Assembly (NCBI GenBank): GCA_963733675.1
Contig: CAVTET010000003.1
Location: forward strand, 160,001 to 224,000
Direction: 5' to 3'
Source of the DNA: an uncultured Methanosarcinaceae archaeon
GTDB taxonomy: Archaea > Halobacteriota > Methanosarcinia > Methanosarcinales > Methanosarcinaceae
DNA length: 64,000 bases
Part shown: piece by piece, positions 36,743-49,253 of the stretch
Layout of the letters: the number at the start of each line of letters is the position of its first letter
Numbering within the stretch: position 1 is the first letter of the stretch
Position numbers and translations under genes: made by a program
The notes under the pieces: model-generated
What the model was told of the DNA's origin: nothing
The model's database searches: none
The model's input: only the letters and a program-made list of their open reading frames with translations

Positions 36743-36959
36743 GGGATGGATCTTGGAGTATATAGTTTCGCCAGCAAATTTGTGGTTCAGTAGCCCGAAT
36801 TTTGCTTTGTGAGCATGTAGCCAGTTTCACTTGCGTTGCTATTTCAAGCGAGCTTAAAACAGATTTGAGTTCAAGTTGCGAATAAAAAAACCAAAAACTG
36901 GATTTTTCATGAAATGCATCTTAGAGTCATTTTTATGTCTATTACTTACATTTCTAATA

Positions 36960-37290
36960 AATTTAAGAATTAAAGTGCATGACTAAACTGGTTCCACCTA
37001 TCTTCTTTCAGTCTCCGATGTTCATAATCTCTATCATTTCACTGATTATTCTTATACGTTTATCAACGATAATGCCTCAGTCTCAACAATCTTCCTCTCT
37101 TGAATTTCTCAGATTTTATGTCAAATTTCATCTTCGTACGTTCCATCATTTGTAATCATATGCAGTATAATTTTGGTAATTTTCCTTTCTAGACTAATAA
37201 ATTGCTTTTAGATATCCAATAGGTTTTTCTTCCAATTTAAAAAAAATTTCGTCTACTATTTTTTTCTTACTGCTGCCTGAGCAATTTGTA
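36960..37290 (-). mobile_element. IS110-family relic (3' part)
   Basis: QIAQAAVRKK, KITKIILHMITNDG, EIQERKIVETE; homologous to the 28140 relic. Confidence 0.7.
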
Positions 37291-37651
37291 ATAGAACAGT
37301 GGTTTGATAGTACGAATTCCATTTGGAATGAAACTTCATTTTTTCGTCAAAAGTATTTTCCGGCCATCAAAAATTTCACTAAATTATTTCGGCTTTGTCA
37401 GTTTTTAACCAAGAAGCCTAAAAATGAGGTTTTAATATGAAGTTTTTGTTCCATCTTGGTATTTTGCTATCAAATTATGTCACATAATAAATATTTTCAT
37501 CTTTATATTTGTAATCTATTAAATTAAATCTCAAAAATTTGATCAGACTTTGAAAAAATTAACAATAAGGGGCAACCATAGTCTGGATTTTTATTTTGAT
37601 TTACTTTTAGGTTGTCCTTTCTAAGTTCTTCTTGTAGCTTAAAATAGGTCC

Positions 37652-39100
37652 ATGAGAATACTAACAAATATGAAAATGCAGATTAACGGAAAAGACGTAG
37701 ATTCTTTGAGTGGCGAGTTTATTGATATTTTAAATCCAGCTACTGGTGAATTTATCGATCAAGTTCCTAGGGGCACTAGCGACGATGTGGCAGAAGCTGT
37801 TGAAGCTGCATCGTTAGCTTTTGACAGCTGGGCTTCCAGATCTTCTCAGCAGAGAGCTGGTGTTCTTTATAGGGCTGCAGAAATTGCAAGAAAGAAAAGA
37901 GATGAACTTGCTATTCTGCTTACTAAGGAACAGGGAAAACCTATTGTAGAAGCTAAAAATGAAATAGAGGGTTTTGCGAGCGTCCTTGAATATTATTGTG
38001 GTCTTGCCCATAGTCTTCGAGGGGATTTCATTCAGATCCCTCAAAATGGATATGCTTTTACAGTAAAGAAAGCTCTGGGAGTCTGTGCCGCCATAATTCC
38101 TTGGAACATGCCTGCTCTAATTATGGCCTGGAAAGTCGGTCCTGCTGTTATTTCTGGAAATACGCTTGTATTGAAACCTTCAAGCAACACCCCTCTTACA
38201 AACCTTACCCTTGCTTATATCCTCAGGGAAGCAGGTCTGCCTGCAGGTGTTCTTAATGTAATTACAGGTTCTGGAGAACTTGTGGGAGAACCTCTTGTTA
38301 CCAACCATAAGGTAAAGAAAGTTTCTTTTACAGGGGATCAAGCTACCGGGAAACGTATAGCTGAACTTGCAGTCAGTGAAATAAAAAGAGTAACCTTGGA
38401 GCTAGGAGGGAGCGATCCCATGGTTGTCTGTGACGACGCGGATATTGAAAACGCAGTTATTGGAGCCGTTAGAGGGAGATTTTACAATTGCGGTCAGATT
38501 TGTACTGCTGTAAAGAGGCTGTACGTTTTTGAATCCGTAGCCGAAGAATTTATAAGAAAGTTTGAAGCTGCTATCCAAAAATTAAGGATTGGAAATGGGA
38601 TGTTTGAGAATGTCGATATGGGTCCTCTCAACAACCAAAAGCAATGGGAATATATTAAACGACTTGTAGCCGAGATTGAAGAAAATGATGAGGGTAGAAT
38701 AATTACAGGAGGTAAGGTTGCTGCAAAAAGCGCCTTAAGCAGGGGATATTTTTTTGAACCAACTATTGTTTTAGATGTCCCAAGTAAATCCAGAATTTTA
38801 ACGGAAGAAGTATTTGGTCCTGTGTTGCCTGTCGTAAGAGTCAAGGACCTTGATGAGGCAATTGAAGAGGCAAATAATACTAGTTACGGGCTTGGGGCAT
38901 CCATCTGGACAAAAAATTTAGATCGGGCTCTGTTAGGGTGTGAGCAATTGAATGCAGGAATTATATGGATAAATCAACATCTTAAGGTAACTCCTGAGGT
39001 GTCTTTTGGGGGAATTAAAAAAAGTGGATTCGGAAGAGAGAACGGACCTTATGCTCTTTCTGAATACTTGGATTTAAAAGCTATAATGATAAAAACTTGA
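37652..39100 (+). CDS. NAD(P)-dependent aldehyde dehydrogenase
   Basis: IIPWNMP, LKPS, SFTG, LELGG, NCGQIC, EEVFGP, FGGIKKSGFGRE. Confidence 0.95.
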   Translation: MRILTNMKMQINGKDVDSLSGEFIDILNPATGEFIDQVPRGTSDDVAEAVEAASLAFDSWASRSSQQRAGVLYRAAEIARKKRDELAILLTKEQGKPIVEAKNEIEGFASVLEYYCGLAHSLRGDFIQIPQNGYAFTVKKALGVCAAIIPWNMPALIMAWKVGPAVISGNTLVLKPSSNTPLTNLTLAYILREAGLPAGVLNVITGSGELVGEPLVTNHKVKKVSFTGDQATGKRIAELAVSEIKRVTLELGGSDPMVVCDDADIENAVIGAVRGRFYNCGQICTAVKRLYVFESVAEEFIRKFEAAIQKLRIGNGMFENVDMGPLNNQKQWEYIKRLVAEIEENDEGRIITGGKVAAKSALSRGYFFEPTIVLDVPSKSRILTEEVFGPVLPVVRVKDLDEAIEEANNTSYGLGASIWTKNLDRALLGCEQLNAGIIWINQHLKVTPEVSFGGIKKSGFGRENGPYALSEYLDLKAIMIKT

Positions 39101-39171
39101 ATATAATGCACAAAGACAAAACTTTATCTAATGTTCACTTTTACGAACCACGATATGTGTTATACATTTAT

Positions 39172-39210
39172 GATGAGCCAGTTGAGTTATGGCTCATCGA
39201 CTCTTTTTTT
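39172..39210. terminator. Hairpin between convergent genes
   Basis: gatgagcca-N9-tggctcatc followed by a T tract. Confidence 0.6.
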
Positions 39211-39237
39211 AAAAATCATTTCAATAAACTGTGGAGT

Positions 39238-39507
39238 TTAATTTTTATATTTTGGTAGAAGCTGCATGAATTCTGAAGCTTCCATAACGGGCACGCTATC
39301 AATTATACAGATATCTGACCATGGAAGGTTGAAAGCTCCATATGCCTCAGCAGTTTCTGCTTCGTAAAGGATATAATAACGGTTTCCTGAAAGGTCAATC
39401 CACTGGTTAATGATATCGATCCCTTCTGGAACTTTCATTTTCTTAAAGTGTTCAAGAATTTTATCGCGGTTTGAAGGGTCCCAAGTGCTAACATCCATGA
39501 ATAACAT
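39238..39507 (-). CDS. DUF3303 family protein
   Basis: MLFMDVSTWDP...PEGIDIINQWIDLSGNR...PWSD...PVM; GAGGG RBS. Confidence 0.85.
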   Translation of the reverse strand: MLFMDVSTWDPSNRDKILEHFKKMKVPEGIDIINQWIDLSGNRYYILYEAETAEAYGAFNLPWSDICIIDSVPVMEASEFMQLLPKYKN

Positions 39508-40636
39508 ATTTTATCCCTCTCTATTTTACATGCTGTCCAATACACTTTCCCAGAAACTCGGCAGCTTTTTATAGTATCCAGGATTCTCCTTGAAAGCTCT
39601 CCTTAATACGAAACTAATATTTTACATGTCATGATATTTAACATGCAAGCTATCAAGACACCGATCGAACGTAGAAATTCAGATTTTTTAAATTTGCTTG
39701 TAGTTATATTATCTATCCTTGTCAAAATTGCAATTAATGACAAATTTGGAAAGACAGTTAGTAATGCAGAACTTAATCCTGCATTTACAGACATTTAATT
39801 ATTATCCCTTGGACTATATAATAGTTCGTCTCAAGAAAATATATTGAGTTTAGTAGTTTTTCTTCCATAAAATAATATTGTAATTAAAACCCAAGAAAAA
39901 GCTTCTTCAGAAGATCCAATGTTATCTCAATTATCACTTCTTTTAAATGATTCCAGTTGCAGATTCCAGTTGCAGATTCGATCCTGCTTTAACAGATCCA
40001 TTTATACTTCTCTTTGGGCATTCGGTTGAAGAGAACATTCATGTAAGGTAAAGGCAAGAAGGCTTCACGGTAAACTACATAACCTTTCCAAAATGTTCCT
40101 ACTTATTTTATTACTAAGTATGCATTCATGCGGAAGGGATTTGCCCTGTGATTGTGAACATCTGTACTTGAGAAAACAGGAAATATCTTTCCAATATTTT
40201 TAGATAGCAATCCAAAATTTCTTTTTTTGCATTCAAAGAAATCTTTTCCGTTCTAGAGATCGGAAATTATGTAGATAATGTGTTTTTTATACTCAAAAGA
40301 TATAAGATTAGTTTGTTCAATAACAGCTCCAAAAGACAGATCAGCTTTCCTGCTCAACCATTATTTCCATCTCCAAAAGGCTCTTATTAGGACTTACTTG
40401 GGCACATGCCGTTCTGTGATAATAGATATTTTTAGGATTTTTCGGATGTCTCCACGATTTTCCTTTGTGAGTTTATCCTGTACCCTGGACTCAACAGTTA
40501 AAGTCACCGCATCACATGCTATAAAATACCCTTCGATAATTACTCCGTGTACCTTGTTGTCATCGATCACAATCTAATTTCTTACTCATTTTAGGCTTTT
40601 TAAAGATCGATCATCAAAAATTAAAGTGGCGGAATC

Positions 40637-41203
40637 CTAATTGAGAGCTCTGAGAATTTCATCCGTTTTGCGTACCATGCCGATTCTTTTGAATATGAAG
40701 TTCACTGCTGCATTGTGCTGTTCCTCGGATCTGGAGGCCATAGCGTCCTCGGCAAAAATCTGGCGAAATCCGTACTCGTAGGCAAACCTTGCTGTACTCT
40801 CAACGTCAAAATCTGTTGCAATTCCACAGAGCACGATCGTATCAATCCCACGTCTCCGTAGCTGGAGTTCTAGATCGGTTCCGTAAAATGCTCCCCATTG
40901 CTTTTTAGTGATAACGATATCATTTGAAATTGGAGCAATTTCAGGTACAAATTCAGACCAATCTGGAGAAGGGGTTGCAGGATGGGAGAATGATTCGTCG
41001 CTTTCGGGGTTGAGAATCGTTGCTTTTGTTATTACGACATGAACAAGGAATACTAACATCATGTTTTCTCTGAATGTGTTCACTAGCTTTGCAGCCTTTT
41101 TGATAATATCTTTCGCAGAATAGGGCTTTGTTGTCTGTGAGGTTATACCTTTCTGCAGATCTATTACCACAAGGGCTGTTTTAGTTTTATCAATAACTAG
41201 TTC
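40637..41203 (-). CDS. Isochorismatase/cysteine hydrolase family protein (start region damaged)
   Basis: TALVVIDLQ, KKQWGAFYGTDL, GIATDFDVESTAR; in-frame TAG where the start codon is expected. Confidence 0.8.
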   Translation of the reverse strand, partial: ELVIDKTKTALVVIDLQKGITSQTTKPYSAKDIIKKAAKLVNTFRENMMLVFLVHVVITKATILNPESDESFSHPATPSPDWSEFVPEIAPISNDIVITKKQWGAFYGTDLELQLRRRGIDTIVLCGIATDFDVESTARFAYEYGFRQIFAEDAMASRSEEQHNAAVNFIFKRIGMVRKTDEILRALN

Positions 41204-42507
41204 CTACAGATCATCACCAATCTGCATTAGCATTAGGTTATATTTATTCACTATGGTGATAGATCATGTATCGTTGATCAGAAAATGTAAGTTGGCTATG
41301 ATTGAGTTCTGAAATACTTGAGATTGTTTTGAAAACATTTTATAATCCAAAATTTGATGAGAGATACTCATACCATAAAAGAAAAGTACTCTCCCTTTTT
41401 GAAGCACATGCTTATGATGAATAACTGGAGATTATAAAAACATCCAATATGGCGTAGATTTCAACTTTTAGAGGTTTATATCCTTCAAATTTATACCTTT
41501 CTTTAAGTCGCCTAAGATACTGTTAAAATTCATTCAATGTCATTCAGTCTACCTATATACAAACGTTTAACTGAGAGCTGGATCACTAATCTGTAATTTA
41601 TTTAGAGAGTCTACGAAGTGTAAATTCATGCAGGTTAAACACGAATGATGACATGGAGCAGTAAATTTGATCCTTAATATCGATTTTTCGATTATTTAGA
41701 AGAGTCTCACAATATTTTTTTATTTCATCAGTAAGTGATTGGTTATAAGTTCTGATTCCTATGTAGAGCAATGATTTAGTAAACAAACTACTTTCATAAC
41801 AAAGAAGAAATTTAAATAGTGCTGTTAATTTGTTCGTTGATTTTTTTTCTCAGAATGAACTAATTAACCTCTGTTAAAATTTCTCGAATAAAAGATGAAA
41901 TATAATTGGTTTTTGAAATAATATATATGTTTGAATGTATACGAGAAACCTGAAAATAAGAGATGATTCATTCAAAAAGCTATTCAAAAAAGAGTAATAT
42001 GTGAAAAAAATGGTTATATTGATATGTAATATTTGATGTAAGTAGTGTAAGAAAGAAGATTCGAAAATTCTACTCAATAATGAATTTCGTTGCATAGCAA
42101 CTAGTGATCCTTATGGAATTTCAAAACAATGTTTAAAAAAAATTATTTGGAGGATTCTAAAAAAATAACTTTCAAGTTAGATAACGGATTTTAAGAGCTA
42201 ATTTGAGATCTCTAATATTTCTCGTTTTTTAGGAAAAACTCAATGCTAAATTTATGGAGAGCCCTGAAAATAATAAAACATAATAATCATTGATAAGTTA
42301 TTTGATTTTAATAATTTTAATTCGGAAGAAACTTTTGTTCAGAAACTATTTTTTTATTTTTAATTTAAAATAACTGGGTGATGATGTGTAATTATCCAGA
42401 GAGTTAATAGGTCAAAAAATTGGCTTTTAAGGAAGTTTTCTAGAAAATACGATAGAAACCGTAAAAATTTAATTCATGAACTCTTGAGTTTAAATTTTTT
42501 TTATAAT

Positions 42508-42623
42508 AGGAATTATGCAATTGAATTGTAAAAGTCAAGTACAATTAGATGTTGAGATCTAAACTTATATTTTAGAAATTGAAGGTTTAATGAATTGATT
42601 TTTCAGTTTAACTGCATAAGTCC
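42508..42623. repeat. MITE with AGGACTTACGCA-like TIRs
   Basis: aggaattatgcaattgaa...tttaactgcataagtccc; right half aligns with about 18310-18368 (ending tgcgtaagtcct). Confidence 0.6.
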
Positions 42624-42714
42624 CATATTGTTTATCTCCAGACAGCCATTTAATTTTTGGCTAATCTCTATACGTTCTTACTAAATTTGATAGCATTCAA
42701 TTGCTTTGTCAGTC

Positions 42715-42936
42715 TTAAACACAGAATTCCTCTCCCAGAGTAGTATCAATACACTCACGACATATCATTCTGGGAAGATCTTTCTTTAGCGTCAAATGGG
42801 CTAGCGGATATCCTCCTTTCATTGGCAACTCCACCTGCTTGATATGTTCTATGCAGAGGCCTTTCCCACAGACAATGCAAACACCTACTGCTTCATTGAC
42901 TTTATTCTCTTCTGAGCAATCATAGCATTTTAGCAT
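42715..42936 (-). CDS. DUF2180 family zinc-binding protein
   Basis: KCYDC...GVCIVCGKGLCIEH...CREC. Confidence 0.88.
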   Translation of the reverse strand: MLKCYDCSEENKVNEAVGVCIVCGKGLCIEHIKQVELPMKGGYPLAHLTLKKDLPRMICRECIDTTLGEEFCV

Positions 42937-42947
42937 TCTTGGTCACC

Positions 42948-43178
42948 TCAACAAACCTCATTAAATAGGCAGTTCTCTTTCAGGGATTCATGGCAAGGTA
43001 GGCAGACAATTCTTTTGATATGCTCAAGGTCAGGCTTCAGCTCGATTGGATAATTTCCTTCCCACACAGGGATTTCCTCATGTATAAGGTGTTCCTTACA
43101 AACTCCTCGCCCACATACTATACAAATCCCAATAGCGTCCGTATCTTTTCCTTCTCTGGCGCATTCGTAGCATTTCAT
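42948..43178 (-). CDS. DUF2180 family zinc-binding protein
   Basis: MKCYEC...GICIVCGRGVCKEH...CLPC; GGAGG RBS. Confidence 0.88.
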   Translation of the reverse strand: MKCYECAREGKDTDAIGICIVCGRGVCKEHLIHEEIPVWEGNYPIELKPDLEHIKRIVCLPCHESLKENCLFNEVC

Positions 43179-43278
43179 CGATTTTCCTCCACATCAGAAG
43201 AGTTGTTTCCTTCTCCGAACATCTCTACGTCTAAAACTAATGTAAGTATAACTAAATAGAGCTTTGTGGATATTTTCC

Positions 43279-43390
43279 TTACTCCTTTATAAGAGTCATC
43301 TCTTCCCCACAGCAAACAAGGATTCTACCTCCTACTTCCTCTACAATAACCTCATTGCAGAAGATAAGCAACTGTATTATTCCCCTTTAG
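43279..43390 (-). pseudogene. Desulforedoxin-like FeS4 small protein relic
   Basis: KGE*YSCL/CNEVIVEEVGGRILVCCGEEMTLIKE*. Confidence 0.75.
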
Positions 43391-43669
43391 CGTATAAAAC
43401 AATAGCTAGCTCATTTCCCGTTCGTTGAATGTCGTACTCTTATGCAGTTTATAATTAATTCTCCTGTTCCTTAATTTCATTTGTAATTTATATCAAATAT
43501 AACTTAAGTACTTCAAGTATAAAATTAAATACAATAGGCTTGGCAATTAAAAATAAATTTTTTCCAATTAAAGGTCTAACTTTATTGATTTGTCAGTTAA
43601 ATAGCTAATTATTAATTACATATCTAGAATTGATACCATCACAGGCAAAGAAGGCTTTCTACTATCACT

Positions 43670-45038
43670 TTACCATATCACAGGCCTCTCATTCTCTGGC
43701 CTATATAATTTATCCACTGGTTTTACACTAGGTAACGTCTTGTAAAACTCAGACACATTGAAGACAACTCCGTTGACTCTAAACCTGTTTGGAGAATGGG
43801 GATCCGTAAGTGTTTGTATCCTCATGAATTCATTAGTTTCAGATTGCTTCGACATCTGGGCGAAGCTTAAGAAGAATCTTTGATCATCCGTAAATCCATT
43901 AATTATTTTTGGCTCTTCTTTCAATGAAAGTTTATATGCATGATAGGCTATCGTCAACCCTTCGAAATCTGCTATATTCTCCTGCAGGGTCAGGTTGCCA
44001 TTTACATGTAGATCTGGCAGGATTTCGAACCTGTTGTATTCGTCCACCAAAATCTCCGCGTTTTTATTAAAGCTATCAGCATCCTTTACCGTCCACCAAT
44101 TAGTTAAATTCCCATTTACGTCGAACTTCCTACCCTGGCTATCGAAATGATGAGTCATCTCGTGTCCTATAATGGTACCAATGACACCATAGTTGAACGC
44201 ATCATCAACGTCCTTGTTTAAAGAAGGGAGGCTGAATGCCAGCTGGAAAGACTACTAGGACCTTATTAAAATCAGCGTAGGCGTTAGTCTCCTGGGGATT
44301 CATCTCCCAGAGCTTACGATCCACTGGCTTGCCCATCTTATCTAAGCCATCGAAACTGTGATGGAACTTAAATTTAGAGGCACGAATGACATTCATGACA
44401 TATGAAGCATTATTCACTTCAAGCTCTGAATAATTCAGCCATTCATCGGGGTAGCCTACCTGAACATCCAAAACATCAAGCTTCATTAGGGCCTTTTTCT
44501 TGGTTTCAGGTTCCATCCATATCAAATTTTAATTATTTCCCTGAATGCTTTCTTTAGGTTGTGCATCGATACAGCCTGGACATCGGAGGCGTTGGAGATA
44601 TTGTCTATCATCTTTAGCTCGTCTTTGATGGGATCCAGAAGCTGCTTTTCAAGGGTGGTATTATCCATTCCCACAAAGTAGAACTTACCTATCTTCTGCT
44701 CGAGACTTCCCTTCGGAGCAGAGATGTTGTTGGCTGCGCTCTCGACTATTTTTTTGATGCGGTCGTAGGTTATGTCATCCACTATCTCAAACTCTCCATA
44801 TTTGGATTTGTCCGCAGGCAAAGGATGGCTTTTTATCCAAGCTCCATTAAACATATTCATAGAAATTATCGCCAGGTTTTACTGAGAGGTTCATGCTCCA
44901 GGGGTCGAAGGCCTTTTCATATCCTGAGATGGTTGTATTACCCATCGAAGTTTCAGAAGAACCAAAAGCTACGAGGTTCAAAGCAATAATTAGTGCAATG
45001 CCAAAAGCGAATAGACATATTGCTCTCTTTATCTTCAT
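43670..45038 (-). pseudogene. M13 (neprilysin/PepO) metallopeptidase, frameshifted and internally deleted
   Basis: Signal peptide, VKPGDNFYEYV, VGYPD, NAY, GHEMTHHFD, ENIAD, DPHSP; four fragments, well short of full length. Confidence 0.92.
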
Positions 45039-46516
45039 GCATCCTCAACTCCTATGGATTCTAAGGGGCCTCTTAAACTGTAGCGTATAAAGGCTGTTTA
45101 TTTGCATGTGATTAGTTTCCCTAGCCACATTTTTTTGGGATCAAACAAAGTACGTGAATAAGACAGGAATTAAATCTCGAAATTTGTTGTTATCCTGGTT
45201 TGCTAAATGAATATCCATAATTAGAATAATCAGTTTTATTTTTCTTCCATGTATATTATAGGAAATGTAATTTCAATAACAGCATCCTTGGATCTCATTC
45301 TGCTGTTCTACTATTATTCAGGACTTAAACTAAAATTCAGGACTTAAACTAAACAATTGGGTTTCAAAATAAGGTGCAATTTAGATCATTGTTTTGACTT
45401 CTAATTTGAATAATTTGAGGTTTATTGCCATTGATTTTTCAGTTAAACAGTATAGTCCAGTTTTAGAGCAATTTAACTCATCTAGATAATCTATTTCATG
45501 ATTAAATTAGTCGGCTAGTCAGCGATAGATATTTTCTCCGAAACAACCGCTTATTTTCACCAACTGTTATCGCTTATAAGCGCCTTCACAATGTAAGTGT
45601 AGTCCTTGTTCAAGATGTATTCATAAGTTTCCGCATGTGAGATTGTTATCACCGCTAATGCTATAAGGAAGCAGGTAGGTAAAAACCTAAAGGTCTTATA
45701 GAGATGTTATTATATAATATCGGATATCATTTTGAATTAAATAATCAAAGTATTTCCACTCTTATTTAATAATATATTAGGAAATATGACTAAGGAACTA
45801 AGTATAAGTCTAAATAAATTCTGACTTATAAAAGTAACAACCCGTCCTAAAAAAATTAAAGAGTATAAATTTCGCTTTGATAAATTTTAACTGATTGTAT
45901 GAAATTACTTAGAAAAGCAGTTTCTTAATCTCAAATTGATTGATTACTCCCAGAAATATCACGTAATGTTGAGCGAAAAAGGCAGTAGTATAGTTAGCTC
46001 GGGAAATATGATCCAATATATATAGTGTATTTCATTGATTATTCTATCCTCGTAATATCTAAAAGCAAACTGGTTATATGTGTTTCAGGGTAATTCTAAG
46101 TGAAATTTATTTATTCCTATATATTAATCCCAACTTGATAAGAATACTGTAAAAAAACATATTCAAATTACTTTTTGTAAAATACGTAAAACATGGGTAA
46201 AATTTTATTGATTATTGTCATTTAATAAGTACTTAGATAAGGGCAACAGTTTCAGCACTAAAAAAAACACCCTGATACAGAACCCCTTCTTAAATAGCGT
46301 CAATAATCCTGGTGAGCCCTAGAACTGGGATCGATTCAAAAAACAAACACAAGGAAATAAGCAATCCACTTTTAAATTTCATATTGTAGAAGGAATGCGG
46401 TATTCAGGAACTTGATGAACCTGCATCTCCAGAATGGGATGAAAAGAAGCACTTACTAGGAGGAATTAGAATCGAAGGAGTTTTTATGGCTAAGTTCAAG
46501 AAATTTTTACAGAACT

Positions 46517-47212
46517 TCAATGTTTGTGTTTATCAGTTAAATGATGGTTCTGCAAGAGTTTTATTTTCCGGATAATATTAATAAAATTTTTAGTTTTATT
46601 TTTTACATCATCACTGCCTACCACTGCATAGATTGCAACCAAGCAGTCAGCTCCATTCTGAATAACACTCTCGCAGTTATCCATGTTTATTCCACCAATA
46701 GCAACTACAGGGATTCTTATTGAATTTTTGATTTCTCTTATTTTTTCAGGGCCAATCCCCTCTCCGGCATCTTTTTTGGTAGCAGTGTCAAATATAGGAC
46801 CCAGACCAACGTAATCAGCACCCTTGTTTTCTGCTTCGATTGCTTCATAAACATTATGGACAGTGAGACCAATTATCTTATCTTCGCCTAGAAGTTTTCT
46901 TGCAATTTCGATTGGCATATCATTCTGGCCTAAATGTACGCCTTCTGCATCAACTGCTAACGCAATATCAATTCTATCATTAACCAAAAATTTTGCATTA
47001 TTCCTGCATATTCTCTTGATTTCTGTTGCTTCACAGATCATTTTTTTTGTACTCTTATTTTTTTCTCGGTACTGAATAATCTGACATCCTGCCTCAACTG
47101 CTTCCCTGACATCGGATAAAATCCCTTTCTTTGAGAACTTGGAATCTGTCACAAGGTAAAAGTCAATATATTTTAGAAAATATTTTTTCTGATTTATGTT
47201 CCCCTTTTCCAT
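46517..47212 (-). CDS. thiE: Thiamine-phosphate synthase
   Basis: [34 protein letters not shown]. Confidence 0.95.
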   Translation of the reverse strand: MEKGNINQKKYFLKYIDFYLVTDSKFSKKGILSDVREAVEAGCQIIQYREKNKSTKKMICEATEIKRICRNNAKFLVNDRIDIALAVDAEGVHLGQNDMPIEIARKLLGEDKIIGLTVHNVYEAIEAENKGADYVGLGPIFDTATKKDAGEGIGPEKIREIKNSIRIPVVAIGGINMDNCESVIQNGADCLVAIYAVVGSDDVKNKTKNFINIIRKIKLLQNHHLTDKHKH

Positions 47213-47281
47213 AGATATCTGCCCATCAAAATAGATTTTTAAAATCATGTTTTCCTAAATTTCGTTTGATTAGAATTTTTG

Positions 47282-47474
47282 ATATGTTTGGAGATCACTA
47301 AAACTAACCACTAACTCTACCAGCAAATGATGGAGAGGATTTCGATAAACCTCTGATTTTACGAGTTACTGATGTCATATTTATAAAGATACTACGAAAT
47401 GTGGGTTTAATCAAAACCTTCTCCATCATTTGCTGGTAGAGTTAGTGGTTAGTTTTAGCGATCTCCAAACATAT
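47282..47474. repeat. ~190 bp palindrome: 55-bp inverted arms enclosing MITE family A copy 4 (minus orientation, about 47333-47423)
   Basis: Arms 47282-47336 and 47420-47474 differ at a single base. Confidence 0.93.
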
Positions 47475-47532
47475 TGAAAAGCCTCTGAATTTTTCTAATC
47501 AAATCAGATTAAAGAGTTTCTGTCGTCTAAAC

Positions 47533-48318
47533 TTACTTTTCTTCAAAATTCATCATATTTTTTACTTTCTCATCTGAAAGATTGAAAACTTCGTCATACA
47601 AATTGACAATAAAACTTCCAGGCCCATTTGATTTCTCAGCCGCGAGTTCTCCTGCAACTCCAAAGTAGCATAAGGCGTCTTTGGATGCATCAAAATAATT
47701 GAAATTAATTGAAGCAAACAAACCTATTACCGATGCAGCCATACATCCAGTTCCGACAATTGACCCCATTTGCTCGTTACCATTCCTTATAATATATATC
47801 TTTTTCCCATCACTTATTATGTCTTCTTTTCCTGTCATCACTACAATAGATGATTTTGATTTTGCAAGTTCCTTTGCTACTTTTTCAGGATCAACGTTGA
47901 TGGAAGTCGTTTCCACTCCTTTTGTTTCAGTGCTTTCACCTGCCAATTTTGCAATTTCAGAATAGTTACCTTTGATAATGTCGATTTGGACAGAATCAAG
48001 AATTTTAGCAGCCATTTCATTTCTAAATTTAGTAGAGCCAACGCCTACTGCATCAAATATTACAGGGATTTTCTTTTCGTTTGCAGAAGAAGCAGAGAGT
48101 ATCATTGCATCAATGATTTCAGATGTCAAAGTTCCGATGTTAAGTACAAGCGCCGATGAAATCGCTGTCATATCGGCACATTCCTCGGGGGAATGTGCCA
48201 TTACAGGGAGTGCACCAAAAACTCTTGTCATATTTGCACATTCGTAAATAGTAACCCAGTTGGTAATATGATGTATCAGTGGTTTCGTTTCCCTTATTTT
48301 TTGCAGTGGGCTATTCAT
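47533..48318 (-). CDS. thiM: Hydroxyethylthiazole kinase
   Basis: [42 protein letters not shown]. Confidence 0.95.
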   Translation of the reverse strand: MNSPLQKIRETKPLIHHITNWVTIYECANMTRVFGALPVMAHSPEECADMTAISSALVLNIGTLTSEIIDAMILSASSANEKKIPVIFDAVGVGSTKFRNEMAAKILDSVQIDIIKGNYSEIAKLAGESTETKGVETTSINVDPEKVAKELAKSKSSIVVMTGKEDIISDGKKIYIIRNGNEQMGSIVGTGCMAASVIGLFASINFNYFDASKDALCYFGVAGELAAEKSNGPGSFIVNLYDEVFNLSDEKVKNMMNFEEK

Positions 48319-49253
48319 TAATATTCTCCATAACTGCTTTATTTCGACTGCTTAAGATGTACATATTTGTATAATTTGTTTGCCTATTTACTTGCTATTA
48401 TCCGTTAACCAATTTTAAATCATATATCTCTCAAAAAGTCGATGCTATTAGTGTCTAAAAAAAATTCTTTATTGCACTTCATACAAAAAACTATGAAATC
48501 TCTTATTCTGTAGACACAATTGTCTGGATACATAGTTCCATTTTATAGTGCAAACGTGGCTGCAAATATTAATAGCTAGTCAATTATGATTCATAGGGAA
48601 GTTTCCATCCCTACAACAATCTTAGTGGTGTTAAACTGGAATAAAATACATTACCGATAACCGACAGTTCTATAAATAAAACCCTATAAATTTGTTCAAT
48701 GAATCCTAGTAAAGAAGGCTATTGATTTGTTTTAGTTTAGGATGATCAGTTACTAGTTTTGATCGGATTTTCGAGATTGAATTGGACAGTTTATATTGAT
48801 GACGGAAAAAAACTTAATATTTGTGAACAATTGAACAGCAAAAATGCTAAAATAGAACAAAACCTTTGAATTAAATTTTTTTTGGACTTAAGATGAAAAC
48901 TGACAAATATGTACAAATTTTCGATTAAATTTTTGAAGGCCTTAAAATGATTTTTTTAGCGAAAAAATAAAATTTCATTCTTGATAAAATTTATACTATC
49001 AAGCTAAAGATATAAATTACTCATTCTAAATCGCTAAGCATCAATATGAAGATTAAAAACAAAAGATGTAGGTTTGAATTGTGAAATTAAAACAGAAGCA
49101 TGAAACCGATGCAAAAATTACATATTTATATTTCAGGTAAGTTCTGGTTAATTGTTGAGTTGACAACGTTAAACTAATGTTGGATTGTTGCTTACGTACC
49201 TGCGCTTTAGTTGATCCATTGAAGGAAATGTCTTTGTCAGTAATTTTTATATA

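Noticed and set aside
47250-48400. TPP riboswitch near thiM/thiE
   Set aside because: No CUGAGA-type aptamer core was seen; the hairpin is explained by a MITE plus inverted duplication
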